From Oceanispirochaeta sp. (GTDB lineage Bacteria; Spirochaetota; Spirochaetia; DSM-2461): DNA of 64,000 nucleotides. A model generated the notes under the pieces. That model was given only the letters and a program-made list of their open reading frames with translations, had not been told where the DNA came from and searched no databases. The stretch covers positions 1,632,001-1,696,000 of the forward strand of contig CAXXOA010000001.1 in NCBI GenBank assembly GCA_963666275.2, read 5' to 3'. The first letter of the stretch is position 1. Every line of letters starts with the position of its first letter. The position numbers and the translations under genes were made by a program. Shown piece after piece: positions 9,632 to 19,084 of this stretch.

Positions 9632-9759
9632 CCGAGATAATGCTGATTCTTCCGGGAATGGGATACGAGACTCTGATGGACATGACAGGGCCCCGTTTTT
9701 GGGAGTGGCATGAAATAGCCTTGCAAAAATATGGAGAGATAAGAGGAGTTAACGGTTAA
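9574..9759 (+). CDS. -1 frame extension of the tail chaperone (GpE'-like)
   Basis: Open frame from CCCCCCG to TAA overlapping TMP ATG; encodes ETLMDMTGPRFWEWHEIA. Confidence 0.7.
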   Translation, partial: PPGPAGGQRSLRRVIDETIAEIMLILPGMGYETLMDMTGPRFWEWHEIALQKYGEIRGVNG

Positions 9760-11783
9760 TGGCCGATTTAAAAGCCAAAGTACAACTTGGTTTAAACAAC
9801 AAACTATCCGGCGGAATAAAAACAGCCGGGCGCGACATGGCATCTTTTGCCAGCGGAGCGTCCGGCGCTTTGTCCAGAGTGGACAGAGCAATATCCGGTA
9901 CTGCCGGAAAACTCCTCTCCCTGGGGGGCGGTCTCGGCCTGGCCGCCGCAGCCAAACAGACCATAGACCTTGAAAAGCAGATGACCAGGCTGGGAACCCA
10001 GGCCGGTGTTTCTGCGGCGGAAATGGACAAGCTGAAAGCCAATATTTTCGCTGTTTCCCGAAATAATAAAATAAAAGTTGATCCTTCTCAGCTACTGGGA
10101 GCTGTGGATTCCATCATTGAAAGAACCGGTGATATGGATTTTGCCAGGGAAAACCTAGAAAGCATCGCCATGGCCATTCAGGCCTCCGGAGCGGAGGGAA
10201 ATGCTATCGGCGGGCTCTATGCGGAGTTCCAGAAAATGGGTCTGGGCGCTGATACGGCTATGCAGGCAATCGATACACTGACCCTCCAGGGAAAAAACGG
10301 AGCATTTACCCTGGAAAACCTGGCAGCCCTGGGGCCCAGAGTTATAAATGCCTATACCGCCACCGGCAGGAACGGAGCGGCCGCGTTAACGGAAATGGGA
10401 GCGGCTCTGCAGGTAATCCGGAGAGGTACAGGGAGTTCTGAACAGGCTGCCACCAGCTTTGAAGCTCTAATGCGGAACCTGGTTGATCCGACTAAGCAGA
10501 AAAAACTCAAGGATATGGGAGTATCTGTTTACGACACGGCAGGGAAATTCCGCTCTGTTACCAGTCTCATTGAAGAAATCGTCACCAAATCAAAAGGAGA
10601 TCTCAGCAGCCTGGGAACAATCTTCGATAGCGAAGCCATGAGAGCTTTCAACTCGGCTATTTCCGAGTTTCAAAGATCCGGAACAGTCGGAAGCCTGGAA
10701 GAGTTTTTGAAAATGCAGGGAGACGGTTCTACGGTAATGAAAGATTCCGCCAGGAATGCTTCAACCATGGCAGCCAATCTTACCAATCTGAAAACCAGCT
10801 TCCAGGATTTTGCGGATGATAATCTGGCCGCCCCCATTGAGAAGGTCGCGAATGTACTGAACTCAGTTTCTCCCGAGCAGTTTGATACATGGATGAACGG
10901 AGCCAAAAATGTGGCTATCGGACTGGCAGCTCTGAAAGGTGTAACCATGACAGCTTCTGCCTTAACGTCTGTTGCAGGGCTGGTAAAGGCTGTACCTGGC
11001 AGAAGTGGAGCAGCTTCAATGGCTTCCGGCATGGGCGGAGGGTCTCCTGTTTTTGTAACAAACTGGCCTGCCGGTATGGGAGGAATCACCGGTGGAGCTG
11101 GAGCTTCTGCCAGTGGAGTCGTGGCGAGCGGCGGCGCAAGAAGTACAGCTGCGATCCTGAAGGCAACTGCCAGGCAAGGCGGGATACGAGGGGCTGTCGC
11201 AAGAGGATTGTTTAAGCCCTTTGTGAGGTTAAGTGCCGCTGCCGGTAGATCCGGAGCTCTTGGTTCTGTTTTGCGAATGGGCGGGAGAATCGCCAGTAAA
11301 GCAAATGTGGCCATCCCGGTTGCTCTTTCTGCTGTTGAGATTGCCAAAATTGCCGGTTCAAGGAATCTCAATAAAGAAGAAAAAACAAAGGAGATAAGCG
11401 GAGCAGCCGGAGGTCTGGGGGGTATTCTGGCCGGAGCTGCAGCAGGAGCTGCTTTGGGATCCGTTATTCCAGGAGCAGGAACTGCAGTCGGTGCTCTCCT
11501 TGGTATCGGCGGCTCTCTATTGGGCGGGTATCTCGGACGGAAAGGCGGAGAAAAAATCGGTGACGGAATCAATTCCATATCCTCCATGGCTAACAATTCC
11601 GCTTCAGGAATGAATATTCCCACAGCCACCTCATATATGCCTGGTGCTCCAGGGGTAAATATAAGAAATGAAATGAATATTGAAGAACTGGCCGAAGGGT
11701 ATGCTTACCGGAACAATACCTATATTAATGACATGCTGGTCAATGTTGAAACCGGTGCTCAGTCCAGGAGTATTCAGGGATGA
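9759..11783 (+). CDS. Tail tape measure protein
   Basis: 674 aa, Ala/Gly-rich, TP901-like core, VFVTNWP motif. Confidence 0.9.
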   Translation: MADLKAKVQLGLNNKLSGGIKTAGRDMASFASGASGALSRVDRAISGTAGKLLSLGGGLGLAAAAKQTIDLEKQMTRLGTQAGVSAAEMDKLKANIFAVSRNNKIKVDPSQLLGAVDSIIERTGDMDFARENLESIAMAIQASGAEGNAIGGLYAEFQKMGLGADTAMQAIDTLTLQGKNGAFTLENLAALGPRVINAYTATGRNGAAALTEMGAALQVIRRGTGSSEQAATSFEALMRNLVDPTKQKKLKDMGVSVYDTAGKFRSVTSLIEEIVTKSKGDLSSLGTIFDSEAMRAFNSAISEFQRSGTVGSLEEFLKMQGDGSTVMKDSARNASTMAANLTNLKTSFQDFADDNLAAPIEKVANVLNSVSPEQFDTWMNGAKNVAIGLAALKGVTMTASALTSVAGLVKAVPGRSGAASMASGMGGGSPVFVTNWPAGMGGITGGAGASASGVVASGGARSTAAILKATARQGGIRGAVARGLFKPFVRLSAAAGRSGALGSVLRMGGRIASKANVAIPVALSAVEIAKIAGSRNLNKEEKTKEISGAAGGLGGILAGAAAGAALGSVIPGAGTAVGALLGIGGSLLGGYLGRKGGEKIGDGINSISSMANNSASGMNIPTATSYMPGAPGVNIRNEMNIEELAEGYAYRNNTYINDMLVNVETGAQSRSIQG

Positions 11784-12979
11784 GTGATTGGAGAGAGGAA
11801 CTGAAAAAAACTCCCCTGTCCTTCCGGGGAGTCCGGATCATCTGGACCGATACCAAGGAATCCGGCGGTTTCAATAATGATAAGAAGGTCTATCCCTCCC
11901 TGGGAGGATGGGATATTGACCAGATCAGTCAGATCCCAAACAGCTTTAGCATTAACGGCAAACTGCTGGGAGACGATTACCTGGATAAAAAGAAGATCCT
12001 GAAGGAAGCTCTGCTGACTCCCGGCAAGGGAACTCTTGTTCTCCCCGGCTTAGGATCTGTGGATGTCCTGGTAGCCAAATGGAATATCCAGGAGAGACTT
12101 GATGCCAAGGGTATGGCTGTAGTCAGCATCGACTTCGATAAATACCAGCCCGATGAAATCAACTTTGCCGAGCCGGACCCGGTACAAATCCTGGTGGATT
12201 ATTCCGAGCAACAGCAAGCAGCCACTCTGGCCGTGGTGGAAGAGAATATGGACCTCTCCTCAGATACTCTGCTCCTGGAGGCGAAGAAAGCTTTTGGCTC
12301 TGTCTTTGATGAGATCCTGAACATCACAGCCATGCTGCAGGGAAAAACCGGACCGCTGGCTGATGTCTTGTATGAGATTGAGCAGGCCCAGGGCAAACTC
12401 GATACCCTTGTAACATTGCCTGGTGAGATGCTGTCCTCTCTATTTTCTATTATGGACAGCCTGGTCTCTTTCGTGGCTACGGGGGAACAGGTCTTCGCCC
12501 TGGTTGATCCGATCCGCTCCTGCCTACAGGACTTCAAACGGGCTTTAAAGTTCCAGATTTATCCAGGAACAAATGACCAGAACGAAGAGATCCCGAAGAC
12601 CCAGAACTCCCGGATGGCAGAGCATACCTACACGGTCCTGGCATTTTACGGAACAGCCAAGCTGATGGAGAGTTTTGAGCCCTGGTCCCAGGAAGATGCA
12701 GAGCAGCAGGCCGCGGTACTGGTGGATCTCTCAATTGCGGCAGAATCGAACTCCTCAGATGAAAATGAGGTGATACGGAACTTAAGAACCCAGGGCACCG
12801 CTGTCCTTTATAAAACGGTCCAGTCTCTGGGGCTCGTTAACCAGAAGGAGATCTTTCTGACCAGTCCGGTAAATGCTCTTTTCCTTGCGGCGCAGCTGGG
12901 AACAACAGTGGAAGTACTGCAGAAATTCAACAGACCCGAAAACCTGTTTCAAATGAAAGGGAGAATCCTCTATGTCTGA
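11780..12979 (+). CDS. DNA circularization protein (Mu gpN-like)
   Basis: N-terminal WREELKK..SFRGV, GTLVLPGLG. Confidence 0.82.
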   Translation: MSDWREELKKTPLSFRGVRIIWTDTKESGGFNNDKKVYPSLGGWDIDQISQIPNSFSINGKLLGDDYLDKKKILKEALLTPGKGTLVLPGLGSVDVLVAKWNIQERLDAKGMAVVSIDFDKYQPDEINFAEPDPVQILVDYSEQQQAATLAVVEENMDLSSDTLLLEAKKAFGSVFDEILNITAMLQGKTGPLADVLYEIEQAQGKLDTLVTLPGEMLSSLFSIMDSLVSFVATGEQVFALVDPIRSCLQDFKRALKFQIYPGTNDQNEEIPKTQNSRMAEHTYTVLAFYGTAKLMESFEPWSQEDAEQQAAVLVDLSIAAESNSSDENEVIRNLRTQGTAVLYKTVQSLGLVNQKEIFLTSPVNALFLAAQLGTTVEVLQKFNRPENLFQMKGRILYV

Positions 12980-13913
12980 CTTACTTATCAAGATCGAAGG
13001 AAAGGAATATCTCACCTGGACTACCTTCTATTTAAAGAAAAGCCTGGAAGAAGTGGCACACTCCTTCAACTTCTCAGTGAAGGCGGGAGCAGGAATCCAT
13101 AAGATCCAGAAACATGATGATGTAAAGATCCTCTTTGGAGGGAAATCCTATACAGCTGGTCGGATTGATAAGACCATACATACTCTCAGCAAAGACAGCA
13201 ACGTTTATTCCTATGCTGGACGCAGTTATGTGCGGGATCTGATTGATAGCTCAGCAACAGCCCATTATGAGGGTTGGTATTTGACTGCGATATTTGATCA
13301 TCTTTGTGCTATATATCATGTCCCCTATGATAAGCCTGATGATGTTAAGACCTCAATCGTTAAAAAGTTTGCACTTACAGCAGAATCCCCTTGGCAGAAA
13401 ATGGTTGCCGAGGCTTTGAACCAGGGGCTGATTTTTACTAGTGATCTGGTTGGTGGGGTTATCCTTGGAAAAGCCAGTTCGGAAAAGCTTCCGGCTGTAC
13501 TGGAAGAAGGTGTGAACTTTCAGCAAATGGAAGAAGAAGCTGATGGGTCTTCGCAATTCTCTGCTTACACAGTACGATCCGGAGACCGACAGGGACAAGT
13601 TCTTGATCCAGACATAGGAACAAAGTTCCAACGCCCCCTGGATATCTATATCGATAGAGAGACTATGACCGGCGAGCTGAAGAAACGGGCCGAAATGGAG
13701 ATGAAGAGGGGTCAGTCCAAGAAGTACCGAATAACCCTGGGCAGCTGGAAGTATGCGGAAGGCAAGTACTGGGATGTGAACTACCAGGTGAAAGTGAAAA
13801 GCCCCACCTTTGAGCTGGATAAATACTTGTTGATTACGCAGGTTGAGTTCTTCCTGAGGGAAAGAAGGAAGCATGTAGTTCTGACCCTGGAGGAGAAAGA
13901 ACTCTATGAGTAA
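12972..13913 (+). CDS. Baseplate hub (Mu gp44/P-like)
   Basis: AGRSYVRDLIDSS; position. Confidence 0.8.
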   Translation: MSDLLIKIEGKEYLTWTTFYLKKSLEEVAHSFNFSVKAGAGIHKIQKHDDVKILFGGKSYTAGRIDKTIHTLSKDSNVYSYAGRSYVRDLIDSSATAHYEGWYLTAIFDHLCAIYHVPYDKPDDVKTSIVKKFALTAESPWQKMVAEALNQGLIFTSDLVGGVILGKASSEKLPAVLEEGVNFQQMEEEADGSSQFSAYTVRSGDRQGQVLDPDIGTKFQRPLDIYIDRETMTGELKKRAEMEMKRGQSKKYRITLGSWKYAEGKYWDVNYQVKVKSPTFELDKYLLITQVEFFLRERRKHVVLTLEEKELYE

Positions 13914-14403
13914 TCAGGTTAAACAGCTTTTTGAAAGGATAAGAAAGCTCTTCGCCACAGGAGAAATCACCAATCCCGACTTCAAAGCTCCCCAAATAAA
14001 AACCCAGCAGGGGCAGATCGTAAAAGAGACCATCCGTTGGCCTTACGGATTCACCTCCTGGCCAGAGGAAGGAACCGTTCTGGTGATGTTCAAAGGAGGT
14101 GATCAGGGAGCTGCAGAGGTGCTGTATGTGAGCAGTCGAAACGGCGAACCGTCTCTTGAAAAAGGGGACGCTGCACTTTGGAGCAAAGCCGGTGCGGCAG
14201 CTATCGCAAAGCAGTCCGGGAAGCTAGCCATTTACAGCAATACCATAACCTTGAAAGCCTGGCTGGATGAGCTGATAACGATCTGTTCGGGGATAAATAC
14301 AGTTCCAACTTCCGGAACAAATCCTCCTCAGACATTAAATCCTCTAGTAGTTACCCAACTGGAAGCTCTGAAATTGAAAACAGCTCAGCTACTGGAGGAT
14401 TGA
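13906..14403 (+). CDS. Baseplate spike (Mu gp45-like)
   Basis: PYGFTSWP, LEKGDAALW. Confidence 0.78.
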   Translation: MSNQVKQLFERIRKLFATGEITNPDFKAPQIKTQQGQIVKETIRWPYGFTSWPEEGTVLVMFKGGDQGAAEVLYVSSRNGEPSLEKGDAALWSKAGAAAIAKQSGKLAIYSNTITLKAWLDELITICSGINTVPTSGTNPPQTLNPLVVTQLEALKLKTAQLLED

Positions 14404-14407
14404 AGCA

Positions 14408-14719
14408 GTGTTTGAATGGACTGATGACCCTGTAGAGATCGCCTGGATCTGCATCGGGACTGATAAAGGAAAATGGTGGGCTGACCTAGAGTTCGGGACG
14501 ATCCTCTGGCAACTGAAAAAAGAGAAGGTCACAGCGGAGACTCCCCGTAAGGTGGAAGAGACCCTGACCGAAGCAGTCGGCTGGATGGTTCCGGCGGAGA
14601 TGATCACCAGTTTTGAGGTCATCGTTGAAGTATTGAAAAACAGGGTGAACTGGAAGGTTTCACTCATCCTGCCGGATAAGACTCCGGCTGATATTACCGG
14701 AGGTTACAATGGGGTTTAA
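14408..14719 (+). CDS. Mu gp46-like baseplate protein
   Basis: GKWWAD..FGTILWQLKKEK...EAVGWMV. Confidence 0.78.
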   Translation: MFEWTDDPVEIAWICIGTDKGKWWADLEFGTILWQLKKEKVTAETPRKVEETLTEAVGWMVPAEMITSFEVIVEVLKNRVNWKVSLILPDKTPADITGGYNGV

Positions 14720-15752
14720 TACACCGACCTTGGAGGAACTCCAGGAGCAGCACTGGAACGATTTTAACAGCCGGTTGAGTCCGGTCAAATCCTCCCCTAA
14801 ATACAGCACTCTGAAGATCAACAGCATGGTCAATGCAGGGATGTTTCACCTGCTCCATGAGAACTTGAAATTCCTGGCTCTGCAGCTCTTTCCGGACACC
14901 GCTGAAGGCGTTTATCTGGATGCTCACTGGAGCTGGAGAAGCGACAAGAGAAAGCTGGAAACTTTCTCAGTCGGTCCCATGACTGTGACCGGTGTCCCCG
15001 GTACTTCAATCCTTGCCGGAGACAGCTGGGTTGTCGGCGATATTTACTACGTTGCTCAAGAAGAAACAGTAGTCGGCGGAGACGGGACTGCAGTAGTACA
15101 GATCAGAGCCCTGGTAGCTGGTGACGAAGCTGATCTTGATGAAGGAAAAACCTTAGAAGTCAGCAGGCCTAAAGCCGGTCTGGATGATGAAGCTGTCAGT
15201 GGTGGAATCGCCGGGGGAACCGACCGGGAAGAAGACACTGATTACAAGAACAGAATGCTCCTGAATCTCCGGATCGGAACCAAGTACGGAAAGCCTGGCG
15301 ACTGGGCTTCATGGGCTCTGGATTCCAGTGCTGAAGTGGTCAAAGCCTGGGAGTATCCGCTCTCAGATTCTTACGGAACACTGCTCATCCAGGTGCTGGC
15401 TGATAACTACTCACAGGTAGCGGATCTGGCTACTGTGAAAGCTTATATTCAGAGTGTTGCACCGCCGCTCCTTTGGACTGTCGAGACTCCTGAAATCAAA
15501 TCCTTCGACATGTTCCTTCATGTGAATAATGCCTCAGAGGATACAGCTGAAAACAGAGCTGCAGCAGAAGCTGCTCTCTCCCTCTGGATGAGTGAAAACG
15601 CCAAGCCGAATCTGGAGATTTCCGCCGGTCTTCTCAGCACCATTGCATCATCCCCTGCAGGGCTCACTTATGTGGTTGTTACCTTCCCCGGAGACACCCC
15701 TACATTCACCATCAGAGAGTTCCCTGTAATAGGAAATAAAACATGGTATTGA
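14709..15752 (+). CDS. Baseplate J / gp47 protein
   Basis: QLFPDTAEGVYLDAH, GGTDREEDTDYKNR, DWASWA. Confidence 0.9.
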   Translation: MGFNTPTLEELQEQHWNDFNSRLSPVKSSPKYSTLKINSMVNAGMFHLLHENLKFLALQLFPDTAEGVYLDAHWSWRSDKRKLETFSVGPMTVTGVPGTSILAGDSWVVGDIYYVAQEETVVGGDGTAVVQIRALVAGDEADLDEGKTLEVSRPKAGLDDEAVSGGIAGGTDREEDTDYKNRMLLNLRIGTKYGKPGDWASWALDSSAEVVKAWEYPLSDSYGTLLIQVLADNYSQVADLATVKAYIQSVAPPLLWTVETPEIKSFDMFLHVNNASEDTAENRAAAEAALSLWMSENAKPNLEISAGLLSTIASSPAGLTYVVVTFPGDTPTFTIREFPVIGNKTWY

Positions 15753-16543
15753 TGCCCCTTCTGAGTCATGAAGACTACGTCCAATCAATCAAGCAGCTCT
15801 ATCCGGTTGGTGAGTACTGGGATGCCGTTTTCTCTGATTCTGAGAGTGAATTATCCCTTTATGTGGATGGGCTGGCAGCCTCTGCAAAAAGGGCTCAAGA
15901 CCGCTTTGTTGACCTCCTTATGGAAGCCTTTCCGAACACTGCAAATGAGCTGATCACAGACTATGAAAGAGTCTTTGAAGTAACTCCTGAAGGAGAGCTG
16001 AGCGACCGTCAGAATCATGTCATTACTGAGTGGATCGGTAGCTTGTTCAGACCTACTGACTGGGATGCCATTGCAGCTGAATATTCCTTCACTCTGACAC
16101 TGGAAAGACAGAAGATGTTCTGCTGTGGACTCAGCTCCTTCGGGGATCAATTGTGGGACGTTTCTGCCAGGTCATTTCTGGACTTTTCAGTCACTATGCC
16201 CATAGGCACAGAAGACGAAACGAAGGTAGCATTTGAAGCCAAAATGTGGGCTTTGTCACCTCCAAATTACTACCTGAATTTCAACTATCCCAGGGGCTGG
16301 TATGACATAGCTGAAGAGTTTGGATTCACCCTTACGGACTCAGCTGAAGAGACGTATTCCCTGGATGGTGCGCGGCTTGAGGATCTCCTCTGGGGCAGTG
16401 ATGCTAAGTACTATCTCACTCTTGAAATGGTAGTTCCTGCAGGCACTACTTCAGAAGAAAAAGAAAACTTCGAAACGGAAATCAGCAGTGTCACAGCAGC
16501 TGATTATTTTATTGAATTTAACTATACGGAGGAAAGCGTATGA
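15743..16543 (+). CDS. gp48/YmfQ-like baseplate protein with duplicated C-terminal domain
   Basis: LYPVGEYW, EAFPNTANELITDYERV. Confidence 0.75.
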   Translation: MVLMPLLSHEDYVQSIKQLYPVGEYWDAVFSDSESELSLYVDGLAASAKRAQDRFVDLLMEAFPNTANELITDYERVFEVTPEGELSDRQNHVITEWIGSLFRPTDWDAIAAEYSFTLTLERQKMFCCGLSSFGDQLWDVSARSFLDFSVTMPIGTEDETKVAFEAKMWALSPPNYYLNFNYPRGWYDIAEEFGFTLTDSAEETYSLDGARLEDLLWGSDAKYYLTLEMVVPAGTTSEEKENFETEISSVTAADYFIEFNYTEESV

Positions 16544-17313
16544 GTCTATATCCTGTAGACGAAGTCCTTCCTGATGGCAGCATTTATCCGGGAATGGACA
16601 CAGATACCAAGAAGTTTACTTCTGGTGATGCCCAGCAAGGAATCAAGGCATCTGCATTACCTGCAGATACGATCAATTTTATCCTGGACAACCTGGGAGA
16701 GTTGGCTGATTTCGGAAATGGCAGCTCAAACCCTGCTGACACTGATCAGATCAAGAAAGCTGTCAGGAACCTGGTTGCCCCGGTTGGAAAGCTGTATACA
16801 CAGTATCCTTTTATGCCTACGCCTGATGTTTTTTATGGAGGGCTGGGGACCTGGGAGAATATCTCTACAAGAGCTGTCGGGTATGGGATTTCTGATGTGA
16901 ACAATGGTGATCCTGCTAGCTATATCAGCCGTGGGGATGCCGGGCAGGGGCTGGACTTTGCAGATGCGGATCTGGCTGTAGATGATCAGATTGCTGGCGG
17001 GTCATATGATGGGAAGTATGTTCGGTCGGTAGAGAGTTATGAAGGAGTCTTTTTTGCTGTTGAAGGAGGAAATCGGAATTCATTTGATGATGCTTTACAG
17101 GAATCACAAAATAAACAGCATGGCCACTCAATCACTGTTGGTAATGATACAGTTGCTTTTGGTAAGCCTGGATCTTATAACTCTACACCATATTATACAG
17201 GGCTAGGAGACACTGGTATTACTAGTGGAACAGATGGTGGTATCACATTAAGCGGAGGAATCGAAGCACAACCTGTAAATAGATCATTTCGTATATGGAT
17301 GAGGAAGGTATAA
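16540..17313 (+). CDS. Short tail fibre protein
   Basis: FTSGDAQQGIKAS N-terminus; C-terminal HGHSI...EAQPVNRSFRIW. Confidence 0.72.
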   Translation: MSLYPVDEVLPDGSIYPGMDTDTKKFTSGDAQQGIKASALPADTINFILDNLGELADFGNGSSNPADTDQIKKAVRNLVAPVGKLYTQYPFMPTPDVFYGGLGTWENISTRAVGYGISDVNNGDPASYISRGDAGQGLDFADADLAVDDQIAGGSYDGKYVRSVESYEGVFFAVEGGNRNSFDDALQESQNKQHGHSITVGNDTVAFGKPGSYNSTPYYTGLGDTGITSGTDGGITLSGGIEAQPVNRSFRIWMRKV

Positions 17314-17840
17314 TGGAATACGTATACAATAACAATGGACAGATTCATCATAGCTGTGGTTCATCTCTCCCCGAGGGAGCAATTAAGGTCACTGGTTGGA
17401 AAGGAACTCCTGGAGAACCTTGGGAGTGGTATAAGAACGGTAGTCGAATCTCTGATGATGACCTGGTAGCTACCGGACTCCGGAAGGATTACCGAGGAAA
17501 ATATTATGACAAGGATAAACTGGAACACAAGATCTCTGTCCTAGACAAGGAACCTGAATCCACCTGGACAAAAGATATCTGGTCCCATCACACCGATGTT
17601 CTTAATCAGGAAACAATGACCTGGATAGAAGACACTGACGCAAAAGCTGAATATGAGGAAGCCATACTCAGAGGCAAAAGAACTACCGAGTTCTCCCTGT
17701 TTGACAAATACCAGCTACCACTTCTCTGGGCTGATCTGACAGAAGCTCAACAGACAGAATATACCGAGTGGAGGACCTCCTGGTTAAATGCTCCTGAAAC
17801 AAAGATCCAGCCTGAGCGGCCCGAATGGTTCCAGGCCTAA
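17313..17840 (+). CDS. Putative tail fibre assembly/chaperone protein
   Basis: Follows fibre (TAATG overlap); Trp-rich C-terminus WRTSWLNAPE...PERPEW. Confidence 0.6.
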   Translation: MEYVYNNNGQIHHSCGSSLPEGAIKVTGWKGTPGEPWEWYKNGSRISDDDLVATGLRKDYRGKYYDKDKLEHKISVLDKEPESTWTKDIWSHHTDVLNQETMTWIEDTDAKAEYEEAILRGKRTTEFSLFDKYQLPLLWADLTEAQQTEYTEWRTSWLNAPETKIQPERPEWFQA

Positions 17841-17875
17841 AATACTTCCTACCTGAAATAAGTTTTTATATTATG

Positions 17876-17920
17876 AGAAATACTGCGGTGAGAATTATCG
17901 CAGTATTTCTTTATTTTTTT
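17876..17920 (+). terminator. Rho-independent terminator of phage late operon
   Basis: AGAAATACTGCG/CGCAGTATTTCT stem followed by T-tract. Confidence 0.7.
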
Positions 17921-19070
17921 CGCGGGGTGCTACAGGGTAGGCCTGATTCAAATGCTCAATTTTAGGAACATCCCAGTACTGAATATAGGGATGATCCGGA
18001 TTGAGCCGCATAAAATCCTGATGGTACTCTTCGGCAGGGTAGAAGGCTTCCAGTTCTGTCACCTGGGTGACAATGTCATCGGCATAGACCTTTCTGTTCT
18101 CAAGCTGGGCAATCATTTCCCTGGCCGTTTTTTCCTGCTCCGGGCTGTTGTAGAAAACGGCGGAACGGTACTGGGGACCATGATCCGGGCCCTGATAGTT
18201 CAGCTGGGTGGGATCGTGGGCTACCAGAAAGAACACCTCAAGAAGAGTTCTGTACTGAATCTTCCGGGGATCAAAAACAATTTCCACCGACTCGGCATGT
18301 TTTGTCGTTCCGGAGGAAACCCTGTTGTATTTCGCTGTTTCCTCCCTACCGCCGGAATAGCCGGACCGAACATCGATGACTCCTTTCAGAGATTCGTACA
18401 CAGCTTCCACTCCCCAGAAGCATCCTCCTGCCAGGACTGCGGTTTCCATGGAATCCGAAAAGAGGCTCAGATATTCGCCGTAGCCTTCCCGGGCCATCTC
18501 CTCCAGAGGAATGAACCGGAGAGACGCCGAATTGATACAGTAGCGAAGTCCCGTGGGGGCCGGGCCATCGGGAAAGACATGACCCAGGTGGGAGTCTCCG
18601 TAGAAACTCCGTACCTCAATCCTTGTCATGCCGAATGAGTCATCGCTGAGGTTTTTCACATTTCCTTCGTGGATAGGCCGTGTGAAACTGGGCCATCCGG
18701 TTCCCGAATCGTATTTATCGGTAGAGCTGAAGAGGGGTTCTCCCGAGACAATATCCACATAGATTCCCTCTTCATGATTCTCCCAGTATTCATTCATAAA
18801 GGGCCTTTCGGTTCCTTCCTCCTGAGTAATGTAGTACTGATCTTCACTGAGAGCCTTTTTCAGTTCCGCTTCGGAAGGTTTTATGTACTCACCCGGTTCC
18901 ACCCCCGGGGGGAGTGCCGGCAGAACCGGGCCTGTCCCCGATCCGGATGACTCCATTGTCCCGCTGTTCTGATTTTCCTGTGTTCCTCCCGCATGAATGG
19001 GAAGGGACGTTAACATAAGAAAGCCTCCGGTCATTAAAAGGCTTAATATAATAGGATACATCTTTTTCAT
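17895..19070 (-). CDS. msrAB: Exported bifunctional methionine sulfoxide reductase (MsrB-MsrA order)
   Basis: Signal peptide; [21 protein letters not shown] (MsrB); [18 protein letters not shown] (MsrA). Confidence 0.93.
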   Translation of the reverse strand: MKKMYPIILSLLMTGGFLMLTSLPIHAGGTQENQNSGTMESSGSGTGPVLPALPPGVEPGEYIKPSEAELKKALSEDQYYITQEEGTERPFMNEYWENHEEGIYVDIVSGEPLFSSTDKYDSGTGWPSFTRPIHEGNVKNLSDDSFGMTRIEVRSFYGDSHLGHVFPDGPAPTGLRYCINSASLRFIPLEEMAREGYGEYLSLFSDSMETAVLAGGCFWGVEAVYESLKGVIDVRSGYSGGREETAKYNRVSSGTTKHAESVEIVFDPRKIQYRTLLEVFFLVAHDPTQLNYQGPDHGPQYRSAVFYNSPEQEKTAREMIAQLENRKVYADDIVTQVTELEAFYPAEEYHQDFMRLNPDHPYIQYWDVPKIEHLNQAYPVAPREKNKEILR

Positions 19071-19084
19071 TACGACCTCCTTGA

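Larger units (their letters stand above)
1..17934 (+). mobile_element. Mu-like (transposable) prophage, right-hand part; left end outside the window
   Basis: Co-oriented transposase C-terminus, MuB-like ATPase, GemA, Mor, protease I, gpT-like capsid, sheath/tube/TMP/baseplate in Mu order; putative terminal CA at 17933-17934 with Mu-end-like sequence. Confidence 0.93.
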
